Origin: Calcarisporiella thermophila CBS 279.70
Taxonomy: Eukaryota > Fungi > Calcarisporiellomycota
DNA length: 64,000 nt
Direction: 5' to 3'
Assembly: GCF_041956535.1 (NCBI RefSeq)
Contig: NW_027192203.1
Coordinates: 617,406 to 681,405 of the forward strand
The translations under genes and the position numbers were made by a program. How positions within the stretch are numbered: position 1 is the stretch's first letter; each line of letters starts with the position of its first letter. Positions 1 through 11,127 of this stretch are shown here, piece after piece. Below the pieces are notes generated by a model. The model did not search any database. It had not been told where the DNA came from and saw only the letters and a program-made list of their open reading frames with translations.

Positions 1-774
1 TAATGAAGCGAAGATCCCCCAGCGTCATCCTGCATACGTGACATGGAGCTTGGCCAAAAAATGGAGACAATCACCAATATATTGCTAAAGCTAAACCAAG
101 CAAATGAAGGGAAGCGGCGTGGGGTGGCATTGTCCATGAGAGGCTGGCGCCCTCCTAAAGTCACCCTATTCCCTAACCTGTTTCTTAGCCATAAGTTAGG
201 GATCCCGGAACCAAGAGGGATGGGGAGTCGAGCCCATTTTTTAAAACTGGCTGGGCTTATTTTTGCAATCCCTCTACTTCGACCTACGCAGAGGAAGGCT
301 TTACACTCGGCAGTTATTAAGACGGTTCCACCTTGCTCGAGGCTTTTCATCTCGATAGGAGCTTCCTTAAACGTGCCTTTGCGCAATGCTCTCAGGAGAG
401 AATTTCAGAATTGTGTTTTTCTTGAGAAAATCACTCGGTGGAACGTGCATGCATGTAGCCAGTTCGCGTGAAGATTTCGCAATGCTTGCGGAAAAGCCCT
501 GCTTGCCTTGCTTGTGCTGATAAATTTCAAAAGAAGCATCCGCTTCAACAGCACCATGAACACTAACATAAGAAGGGGAGGATCCAGGTTCGGTGGATAT
601 CCACGGTTGAGAAATCCTATATTTGCTCAATTTCAGGCTCCGACAATGCTAATTAAGTCTACGTTAATTCAATTTCATCCATCAAACCTATCACGCTGCT
701 GAACCTCTGGTTGATTTCTCCACTGCTCAGCATTCTTCCTGACCGTCAGCAGGATTTCTCGCCAACCATTGACA

Positions 775-1631
775 ATGACCAAACGCTCTATTTGTGTTTT
801 TTGTGCTTCGACGAATGGGTCTCGCCCGGAATACGCGGACGCTGCTAGGGGTAGGAGCCATTTCTAATACATAATTTGGAAATATCGATCCATTCCATTG
901 ATGCATTTTGCTTGATTCAGAGCTTGCCACAGAATTCCTGAAGCATGACATAGGCCTGGTTTACGGTAGCTTATTGAATTCTGCCTCTGCTTCTCTTTCC
1001 CATGAATTTCTCATGGAGCTTGTTTGCTGATTAAGTCTCTTGATGCCACTAGGAGGAGGAACAAAGGGTCTTATGGGAATTATTGCTCAAACGATCCACG
1101 AGGGTGGTGGAGAAGTCCTTGGCGTCAATCCAGCGCCGTTAAAGAATGGTAGCACTTCAACTTATGGCGATGAAATCATTGTTAAGGACATGCATGAGCG
1201 CAAACGCACCATGTGCGACAGGAGTGATGGCTTCATTGCCATTCCAGGGGGATTTGGAACCATGGAAGAATTGCTCGAGATCATCACATGGAGCCAGCTT
1301 TCGATCCATAGCAAGCCGGTCTTGATTCTGAACGTGTGCGGATTCTTTGATCCATTTCTTCAGTGGCTAGATCTTGCAGTGCAGGGTAAGTAACTTTGTG
1401 ATGTTCGTGGTTTAGCCACTCGCCCTCTCCCAACTCTTTTCTGACCCGACTCCCTTTCATTTCCTTTGCGGAATTCGTTTGTCTTTAGAGGGCTTCATTA
1501 TACCCAGCAATCGCAACATCGTCATTGCCTGTAACTCTGTGGAGGAGATCATTCGCCTACTAGACGAATACGAGCCACCCAATACGAGATATGATCTGAA
1601 GTGGGATATGCCCCCTTCCCAGCTTATTTAA
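775..1631 (+). CDS. LOG1: LOG-family (Lonely Guy) nucleotide 5'-monophosphate phosphoribohydrolase, 4 exons
   Basis: Spliced model MTKRSICVFCAS...LVYGGGTKGLMG...MHERK...PGGFGTMEE...KPV...; GT-AG introns at about 851-920, 966-1052 and 1386-1488; TAA at 1629-1631. PGGxGTxEE is the LOG signature. Confidence 0.9.
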
Positions 1632-1961
1632 ACGGAAGATTAGACATAGACTTTAGACTTGGACGGAACCTTAGATGATAAATAAAGTTTTATCCTTTTA
1701 TTCCCCCTTGTGTTGCCAGCAAAAGAGGCGAGAAACAAAAAAGAAGTTATATACGATCAACGGGTACAAGAAACAAAAAGGAAAGCCCGAAAGTATATAT
1801 ATATAAATGTAAATAGAGATAGAGAAATCTGGTTAAAGAAGACAAAAAAAAAAAAGCGGGAAAGAATAGATTAAAGTGTCCCAATTGGAGAAAGATTAAC
1901 TCGAAAACCCAGCAGAGCATTAGGCAGGGGGGAGAGGAGGGGGGGGGGAAGAGCGCCTCCT

Positions 1962-3766
1962 TTAATGATAATTATTTTGTCTCATCTGTCGATACCTCTC
2001 CTCTACGCGTAGAGCAGCTCCATCGTCCGTGCTCTCGTCTCCCGTGAAATACCCGCCCCAATCTCGGCTATACATGCTTGACTCGGCCTGCCCTCGGTTT
2101 ATGCTCGAGTCGGAGAACTCGCCATACACGGCCGACACCGTCTGTTCCTCGTGGGTGCCCAACTCGGATGGCGCTTCGAAGGTGCTTGAGTCCGGCCCTT
2201 GGCCATACACCGCCGAGGACACCGCGTCGTCATAGGGTGTGTAGTTGTCCTCGTAGAGGTAGAGCTCCTCCTCGAGGTTGGGGAGCACAAACGAAGGCTG
2301 ATTCGGGGTGGAGAGATGAGTGGGCGCCTCGGAGCTCGCCTCATCCACAAACCCGGTTAGGTAGAGCTGTGGCGCGGGAGGCAAGGAGGGAAGGCGCGGG
2401 GCCACGGAAGGATCGATGTTCGAGGAGCTGCGGGCGGAGCCGTAGTGTTCCTCTTGGAGATGGCGGGGGGCGAGGGGCGGAGTGGGGGGTATCTCGGGAT
2501 AGGAATATGGCGAGGAGGCCAGGGCAGCCGCCCTTAAGTTGGCCGACTGGGGTATGGGTTGTGATATGAGGGGTGTGATGTAGTTGTTTTGAGCGTGGGC
2601 GAATTCCGCCTTTCCGGCACGCGAGTACAAGAACAGCTTCACCATGCCCCCCACGTGCAGGGCCACGAGCATGGTGACGTAGATCCAGGCACGGCGATAG
2701 TCCACCAGCAGACAGAGCCCGTAGATGGAGAGGGGGGCATATTGGAGCAGAAACACGAGGATGTACGAGGAGAGGCGCATGGACAGCATGCGCACACAAT
2801 CGCTGTTGTAGTGGGCCGGGTTCGCGTGAAGAGTCCTGTTTTTGGAGGCGTTCGACTCTTTGGTGGGGATATGCATGGCCCTGAACACTTGGCTCATATT
2901 CGTTTTGGGCGAGTAGAGCTGGTTGACCACCTTGATGTAGCTGACGGTGATGACCACCAACACGAAATAAACCAGCACCACAGAGGCGGCGTTGGAAAGG
3001 GTCCCACCCGAGAAACGGTTATCAACAAAACACCTAAACAAAAAATAGGCATCAGCATTCGATCCAAGGGAGAAGTGGATTGAAAGGGAGTGAGGGGTGA
3101 GAGAGGGGGGAAATGGAGCCTCCGCACAACTTACCAAAACATATCATCCCCATATCCCTTTGTTACCGCCGAGGTGACGGTCAACAAAATGGGCACTAGC
3201 AGTGCCAGCGGCACAATACCGCAGTCCCCATATCCAAGTACCACTTTGCTCTGATGGCATAATCTCAGATAGATCGTCAGAGCAAAGCATCCCACCAGCG
3301 CTAAGCCAGCATTGATAAAGAAGTAGATGATGGCACCTACGACACCACACTCCGGCTGCGCCATCACATGATCTCGACTCATGGCAGAGAGGAGGTTGGC
3401 GATGGTGAACAGGGCAGGCACCAACTCGAACACAGCCATATAGGCTGGGATGAAGCTGCGCCCATGGCTTCGCTTCCGATTCGTTTTCACCGCCCAATAG
3501 ATGAAGTATCCCGCGACGAGAACATTTGCGAAGCCGGAGATAATTCCAGCGGCAAAGACAGCACGACTGCCAGCGGTATCATGGGCGCTGATGCCGCCGT
3601 TGGTCGTGGCGGGGGGAAAAAAGAAGGTCCTGCCTGTGCTTGGAGGGGCGGAAGAGGAGGAGGAGGAGGGGGGCTGAGGGGAATCAGCAGCGGCCGCAGT
3701 CGTAAAGACGAGTGTGAGGCACCAGTGTAGCGTTAGAGACAATAAGGGTATACTCCGTGCTTGCAT
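1962..3766 (-). CDS. 7-TM G-protein-coupled receptor (Git3/cAMP-receptor-like) with signal peptide and long acidic/Pro-rich C-tail, 2 exons
   Basis: Intron 3034-3134 (GTAAGT...TTTAG) joins ORFs 3131..3766 and 1962..3137 to give YGDDMFWCF (ECL2 WC motif). Cys at the top of TM3 (ECGVVG), seven hydrophobic segments, TM6 SYILVFLLQYAP. Confidence 0.75.
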
Positions 3767-4745
3767 ATGTTTTCGGCGTAAAACACAATGATAAATAGAT
3801 AAATATAACTATCGCTCACTTCGACTCCGGGGGGGGGGATGATTCCTAATGCTTTTCGCCTAATGCGTGAGTGTGTACGTTGCTGGGAAAGCTTCTAGTA
3901 TGAATGTCGCTATGCTTCGAGATAAATAGAGGATGGATGCAAAGAGGAGAACAGACGATTTGGAAAATAAATAGAGCTGACTAGAGAGGATGCTAAGCGT
4001 TGGAGAGAGAAAGAGAGAGAGAAGGGGAAAGTCAGTGGTGATGGATGGGATCGAGGAAGAGATGAAAGTAGGCCTGATAGTGGGGGTTCATTAAAGGGGA
4101 GAGAGAGATGATACGCCTAGCAGGCATCAAGATCATAAGGAGCGGAAAGAAAATAAGGGGCGGGATCGGACCAACGCAATGGAAAAACGCAATAGAAAAA
4201 GCACAAAAAGCACAGGAATACCACCTTGCGTAGCGGAAACAACGGAGTTGATGTGGCAAAACATAATTTCAAAAATTGTGAAAGTTCGCCAATCGATCAC
4301 GATCCTCAAATGAGATTGCTGTGACTTCACAAAGAGCTTGCTCGGCTCGCACAAGAAGATATTAATCCAAGAATACGGTGTTTTATTCATTGATTTCTTT
4401 TGCAAATAATAAATTAATCGGTGAGAGCGGGCGTCAGTGGTCAGAGGGAAGGTAGACAGGGTGGGGCGGGGGAGATCATCAAAAAAGTGCTTGCGAACAT
4501 ATATGAAATAAAAATAGAGGCAGATAGGACAGAATAGAAAAATAGAATAAAAGTGAGATAAAAAGCCTGAAATCAGAAAATGAAATAGATAAAATAAAAT
4601 AGAATAGAATAGAATAAAATAATAGATAGGATTGGATATTGTATAGCACGGTGAGACAGGGAAAAGGGGAAAATGAAGTGAAATATGACATGTGTGATTG
4701 AATGAGTTAACGCTCCCGCCAGCAGCTTAACGGAAATGAAGGGCC

Positions 4746-5918
4746 TTAAAAGATCCATCGGTACTGCGGCTGTTGCGTTTTGAGTTGGTTTTGGTCCGCG
4801 GCCCTTTCGTCGACCGCCAGCTGGGGAAGCAGCTGCGACTTGCGCCCGAACTGCCGGCCGAGTGGCGAGGTAGGGGGGGAGTTGATAAGCTGCTCCATCA
4901 GATCTCGGGGAAGGATACGGGTTGGAGTGGGGGGTGATATCTCATCCTCCACGGGGTCCTCGCGAGGTCGCATGCCAAATGCGTCGTTGAACAGCGACTT
5001 TGCCATCGTGCCAGAGTCATTCTCCGGGGCATTGCGTTGGGGAGAAATGGGAGAGAGGGGGCAGTTTTTGACGCCCGAGTGAGAGGGCGAGGGGGAAGAG
5101 GAGGGGCGAGTGATGGTTGGCATCGAGAAACGGCGACCCGGCTGTTCATCCTGCTGGTCCAGAGGTTGGTTGGGGAGGCGCGGCCAGATGATCACGTTGG
5201 GCGGGATCTCTTCAGGACCTCCCGTATGGAGATAGTGGCAACGCTTACCATACGGGCAGTGGCCTTTTTCGTGGAACGTGCGGCATTGCTTCGTCTTGTA
5301 GTTCCATGGGCGATAGATAGGGCGAAGCTCAGACTGAGAGTGCGCGTATTCACACTTGTTTCCGTACCTGGAGGGAGGAGGAGAAAGAGAAACAAATGCC
5401 CGAAAGGCAAATTAGTTTACTGACTACAAGTGAAGGGTTGATCTTCGTACTCACGGGCAATTTCCCTTCTCCATCATAGTCCGGCACATTTCTGTTCTAT
5501 AGAGCTCTCCCCTTAGCTTTCCCGACTCCTTTTCTCCTTTCGGCTCGCCAAGGCTTTGGTCGGAAGAGCTGCTTCCTCTTCGTTTCTCCTCCACCACTCC
5601 GGCATCAGCACCGGCTCGACTCGCGTCATTTGCAAATGCTAGCCAAGCGGCACTTGGCCGGCGTTGCCACTCGGGGGTTGTGCGTCCACTCTCCCAGCCC
5701 CTACTCAGCGGGGGCAATTGAGAATCCAGAGTGTAGGAGGTTGCTCTAGGGTTAAACATGGAGGGGGTGGGAGAGATGGTGGTAGGAGGATTTATAGCAG
5801 TGGAAGAGGTCGGAGGAAGGGGGCTGCTGTTTCCCTTGTTAATATGGACGTCGACAATAGAGAAAAAGGGGGAGGATCGGCTGTCCAGCGTCCGTTGGTG
5901 AAAAAATGTCTCTCCCAT
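4746..5918 (-). CDS. Tandem CCCH zinc-finger ARE-binding mRNA-decay protein (TTP/Tis11/Cth1-2/Zfs1 family), 2 exons
   Basis: Intron about 5369-5454. The spliced product LYRTEMCRTMMEKGNCPYGNKCEYAH-18aa-CRTFHEKGHCPYGKRCHYLH has two Cx8Cx5Cx3H fingers with the canonical 18-aa linker. Confidence 0.93.
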
Positions 5919-6461
5919 GATAGTCCAGCAAGAAATGGTTTGATTTTCAAGAAAAAAAAATATTAGCCCAAGCGTATAAATATAAAGAAATGAAAAAAAA
6001 AGTCCTAAAATAATAAATCGGAATGAAAGGATCGAGAAGCGAGATATAGACTAACAGTATCGGTTGGAGTTGCAATATTGGCCGCTGCTCATATTTTTTT
6101 TTAAAAAAGTTGGAAGAAAATAAAAAAAAATAAATAAACTACGAATTAAATATGTTTAATGCAAAATGGTGGAATGAATGAAAATCAAAATGAAAGGATT
6201 CTTTAACGAGTGGAGGAAAAAAAAAATGGTGGTCTCTTTGCACAAATACGGCAGCTTACTCTCAATTAAACGATTAATAAATTTTGAGTGGTGGCTCTGC
6301 AGCCATCTACAACTCCTCACCTTTCTATTTGCCTTGGCAGTTAGATATTGGGAATGAGGAAAAGAAACTCAGCCAGAGTTGAACAAGTTCATTACAACAG
6401 AAACACACGTAAGACATCAATTAACAAGAAAAACAAAAAACAATTCTCTAATGTTTTTGAG

Positions 6462-7045
6462 CTAATAAAAGTCGGGGAAGAAAAACATGATTTCATGCCT
6501 TGCAGTTTCCTCCGAATCTGGACGTGAAAAAAAAAAGAAAAGATAGAGTTGTCGTCCCCCTGTGAAAAAAAAATTAAAAGCCTAAGGGCAATGTCATACC
6601 TGAGCCATGGAATGAATTCCGAGTGTCTGTGAGTCCATAAAGAGCTCGCAATGTATCGGGTGAATTTAGCCTTGCCCTATTCATGGAATAAAGATTGGGT
6701 TAGCGCCCTGGCAACCTCATTGGAGAGAGTGAAAATAAAAATAGCCACCGACCTTACAGGATGAGTCGGCCCGATCAATTTTCTCCATTCTGCAATTGCA
6801 TTTTCTCGCTGTAAAATCAGTGCCTTGAATGGGCCGCTTGTCATGTATCCACATAGTCGCTCGTAAAAAAAGCGACCTTTATGAGCGGCGTAAAATTGCT
6901 CGGCATCATTTTGGCGCCAGAGTACATCACGCTCCCGCACAATCTCAAACCCATTCTGATGGATAGCAGTGAGAACGCGGGAGACTCCCTGTGGCCAGGC
7001 GCACAGATCTGGCTTAAGAAGGGCAAGCGTCAATTGGCGATGCAT
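6462..7045 (-). CDS. Nucleoside diphosphate kinase, NME6-like (group II), 3 exons
   Basis: TLALLKPD, FYAAHKGRFFYERL, WRKLIGPT; spliced exons give LRALYGLTDTRNSFHGSDSEETARHEI with the catalytic His; TAG at 6462-6464. Confidence 0.88.
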
Positions 7046-7215
7046 TACTAGAGCCTTGGTCAAAAACTATAAGCTAGCCTTGACCTAATCAGGGCGCAGC
7101 CAAGCCCAGTCACAGGCCCTTAACTTTTTGGCCATTATTTTCATAGCTTATTTCCAAAGTCCTACTCCCGTCGTCCCCCCCTCCCCCTCCACTCCACCCC
7201 ATCCACGGGTAAGCA

Positions 7216-8648
7216 ATGTCAGACAGCAATAGATACGCGCCTGGAGGAAGAGATACGTCACAGTCCGTGAGAATTACCAGCGATGGGCTTAAGAAACTCT
7301 CCGTGGCCAAGATCTTCCGTGATAATAAGCGCACCATTACATCCCTAGATTTCGATGACACTGGCGAAGTGTGCATAACAGCGGCGGAGGATGAAAGTTT
7401 GCAGCTATACGACTGTCTGGAGGGAAGGTGGTTCATTTGAGCTGAACGCAGAATAATGGCTGTGCCTTGAACAGGATTAACTTGTAGTTCTATGCTCCAC
7501 TAGGCATCTCAAAACATTATACTCGAAAAAATACGGAGTTCACTTGGCGCGATTCACGCATCGCAAAAGCAATGTGATATATGCATCCACTAAGGAAGAT
7601 GGTAGTCGCCAAATGAGCTCATTGTGTAAACGCTGTCGTCTAATTTGCTCCTTTATTCCGATGCTTTTAGATACACTGCGGTATCTCTCGCTACATGATA
7701 ATAAATATATTCGTTATTTTCGTGGGCACAAAGACAGGTAGGCCAGCACGAACAGAAGCTAAGCTGATGAAGATTAGTTAGCTGAATCCTGCCTCGGAAT
7801 ATTTTAGAGTGGTCTCATTAGAGATGTCGCCCGTCGGCGATCAGTTTCTCTCAGCCGCCGTCAACGACACAGTACGATTATGGGACCTACGCTCGTCGAC
7901 GTGTCAGGGTTTGATCAATGTGACGGGCCGCCCGTGCATCGGATTCGATCCCGCGGGGCTAATCTTTGCCGTCGCCTTCGACTCGAGCGTGATTCGACTT
8001 TACGACATGAAGGCCTACGACAAGGTAACATATACATCGGATGACATTTCAGTGATGTTTCTTTCGAACACTCCGGGCTCATGGGCCTCTGCTTGTAATA
8101 GGGCCCGTTCATTACCTTCAGTGGTCCCCCTAATGACGCCCACCAGTCTTCGCGTGCTGAGTGGACGTCTCTTCGCTTCAGCAACGATGGCAAAAAAATT
8201 CTCGTCACCACTTCCGGAGACATGCATTTCGTGTTGGACGCATTCCACGGGTCCTTCGAGAAACGCCTGACTGGACACGTTAGCGTGTCGGCTCCGAATC
8301 TTGGAGGAAACGAGGCATGCTTTACCCCGGACGGAAGATATGTGTTGTCGGGGTCACAGGATGGAGGAGTGCATTTGTGGGATTTAGAGAGCAAATCGCA
8401 GGACACAAGGTCAATGCATGTATTCGAGGCACACACCGCTCCCACCGGGATAACCGGATTCAACCCAAAATATATGATGATGGTCACAGGGTGCTCTGAA
8501 CTGGTAACTAGTTTGTTTTTTCTTCTTGCTTGGCGGCTGAGGATGGTGGGGATCCATTTGAATACTGATATTGGTCTGTTCCATCTGTATTTAGGCATTT
8601 TGGGAGCCCAAGCTATCCTCGAAACCGGGTTGGTCGGATTCAAGATAG
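7216..8648 (+). CDS. SWD2: COMPASS/CPF WD40 subunit Swd2 (WDR82), multi-exon
   Basis: [64 protein letters not shown]; last exon 8595-8648 ends in TAG. Confidence 0.93.
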
Positions 8649-9150
8649 GATAGGCTTATTAAAATTTATCTTTTTATCTCCCTCTCTGCACTCTAATGAA
8701 TCCCACATATCTGATGTCAGCACGCTTTTTAACCCCCCCCCCCCATGCTTTCGGCTACCAAAATAAACTTCCTCTCTTCTTTCCCCGCTCCCCTAACTGT
8801 TCACACTTGGACCTTTTGCTGGCTTAAGCATAACAAAAACGAGAGTGCCACTACTTGTTATCATTTTTTGAAAAATTGCGACATTGCCTTTCGCAGTCAC
8901 ATTTCGATTTCCGACCTCCACGATAATGACATTTTCTATCTTTGCTCCTTATTTCAGTTTCACACTTCAACACTTCGAGTGATAAACGATCGGATTCCAT
9001 TGTTTGTTATCTTACCCCCCCACTCTCTTGTTTTTTTTCCATACTATTTATCACTGTGTATATTATCAAGCCAAGCTTCTTATTTCTTTTCTTTACTTAT
9101 TTTTCTCTACCTGTCGACTTCATTCCTAATATCCCACTCTCACCCACTCC

Positions 9151-10746
9151 ATGTCAAACACATACAGTGTACCAAAGCCGCAGGGAGGCGCCTCTTTACT
9201 TATTGCCTGGCGTTGCCAGAGGCGCACCATTCTTGTGGTCGGGGGTAATTCGATAGCCGCCAGCCGCGTCTTCCTAGCCCTCGATGCCGATGCTAATGTC
9301 CGGCTCGTTGCGCCCTCCATGACACTGTGCACGGAACTTCAGGTCCGCATTTCACGCGGAGAGGTAACCCATTACGACCGGGAATTCCGGGAGGAAGATT
9401 TAGCCGATGTGGACCTGGTATTTGTGGCAGAGGGCGAGCAAGAGGTATGCGAGGAGATAGCGCAATGTTGTAGGCGGTCTAGAATTCCAGTCAATGTGGC
9501 CGACAAGAATGAGCTCTGCGACTTTTATCTAACCTCGACACATCGAGACCAGGGGCTGCAGCTCGCCGTCTCCACCAATGGCCGCGCACCCAAACTTGCC
9601 AACCGCATCCGCCGCCACATTGCGTCGTCACTTCCGCCCAATTTGGGCGATGCCGTCGAGCGGGTAGGGGTATTGAGGCAGAAGATTCGGAATGCAGACC
9701 CCCGGCTGGAGGCTAGGGAGCGAAGGATGCGCTGGTTGGCGCAGGTGTGTGAATACTGGCCCTTGGAAAGGCTAGCCTCGCTAACAGAGCAGGAAATAGA
9801 GCAATTGCTGAGTGAGTACGTCAACGACGAGGGCTACAAGAGCGTCGGCTCCGAACCCGAAACCCGAGTGGAGAGCGACCTAAAAGCCCTCCCCACGAGC
9901 CCCGCTGAGCCCGCACCGCTACCCAAACGAGGCAGGATACGGCTCATTGGCACCGGCCCCGGATCGCCAGACCTATTAACGCTCGGCGCCTATCGCGCCA
10001 TCACCGCAGAGGCCGACTTGGTCCTGGCCGACAAGCTCATTCCCGATGCGATTATCAAACTGGTGAAGGCCCCGAAGCTGCATATTGCCCGCAAATTCCC
10101 CGGCAATGCCGATGGGGCCCAGCAGGAGATGAATGCGCTGGCCCTCGAGGCATTGCAGCAAGGCAAGGAGGTCGTGCGCCTGAAGCAGGGAGATCCATAC
10201 CTGTTCGGAAGGGGCGGGGAGGAGATTGTGTTTTTCCGCCAACATGGGTATGAGGCAGAGATCATGCCTGGGCTGTCGTCCGCTCTCGCCGCACCCACTC
10301 TAGCCAACATACCGGTGACGCACCGCGGCACGGCCGATCAGGTCTTGATATGCACGGGGATGGGCCGCAACAAAACCATCCCTGAGGTGCCGGACTTTGT
10401 GGGCTCGCGCACCATTGTATTTCTGATGGCCGTGCACCGTCTTGGCGACTTGGTCAAGCAGCTAAGGGCCAAGGACTATCCGGCCGATCTACCCTGCGCC
10501 GTGGTGGAGAGAGCAAGCTGCCCCGACCAGCGGTGTGTGTGGGGAGACCTGGAGAGCATCGTGGCACTGGTGGAACGGCACGGGTCCAATCCACCCGGCC
10601 TCTTCGTGGTGGGGAAGAGTGTGGCTGCTCTGCAGCGCGGAGGAGCAGGGACAGGCGTCGGGAAGCAGGTGACCCTAGATACCAAGGGTACGCCGTTGGA
10701 GAGTATACTGTCGCTCCACGAGCGCGAAGAAACCCTAGTCTTTTAG
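9151..10746 (+). CDS. MET1: Uroporphyrinogen-III C-methyltransferase with N-terminal Met8/CysG(B)-like domain (siroheme synthesis)
   Basis: Intronless 531 aa. N-terminal half has PVNVAD..LCDF and AVSTNG.AP; C-terminal SUMT motifs LIGTGPGSPDLLT, RLKQGDPYLFGRGGEE, IPVTHRG. Confidence 0.93.
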   Translation: MSNTYSVPKPQGGASLLIAWRCQRRTILVVGGNSIAASRVFLALDADANVRLVAPSMTLCTELQVRISRGEVTHYDREFREEDLADVDLVFVAEGEQEVCEEIAQCCRRSRIPVNVADKNELCDFYLTSTHRDQGLQLAVSTNGRAPKLANRIRRHIASSLPPNLGDAVERVGVLRQKIRNADPRLEARERRMRWLAQVCEYWPLERLASLTEQEIEQLLSEYVNDEGYKSVGSEPETRVESDLKALPTSPAEPAPLPKRGRIRLIGTGPGSPDLLTLGAYRAITAEADLVLADKLIPDAIIKLVKAPKLHIARKFPGNADGAQQEMNALALEALQQGKEVVRLKQGDPYLFGRGGEEIVFFRQHGYEAEIMPGLSSALAAPTLANIPVTHRGTADQVLICTGMGRNKTIPEVPDFVGSRTIVFLMAVHRLGDLVKQLRAKDYPADLPCAVVERASCPDQRCVWGDLESIVALVERHGSNPPGLFVVGKSVAALQRGGAGTGVGKQVTLDTKGTPLESILSLHEREETLVF

Positions 10747-11127
10747 TCTTCTAGTTCTGTAACATCTGTCCTCTCTAATCACCCTATCTGTCACTTTATA
10801 TTTTGTGAATAGTTTTTACACCCACTCGTGTTGAATATAGATCAGTCATGTTGTTTTAATTGAAAGGGAAAATAAAAAACAATGAATAAATAAAAAAAAA
10901 ACTAGATAAACATTGTTCACTGAGAATCAAGGTAACCAGAAAATGGGCACCACGATGGGATTAAATAAGCTTGACGAAGAATAAAGATGAACGGAAAGAG
11001 CAACCTAAAAAAAAAAAGAAAAAAATAAGAAGCATCAAGAGACATGAGTAGCGTTTAAATTAAAGAAAAAGTCTTGGTGAAGGGTAGATAGCGTCCCGAC
11101 AAAAGCGTGAAAAAAAAGGCAATAATG

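Noticed and set aside
1-760. ORFs 43..471 (+) and 367..630 (-), plus an open minus frame running off the left edge
   Set aside because: No recognisable motif and no consistent splice model; a truncated gene cannot be excluded but cannot be supported.
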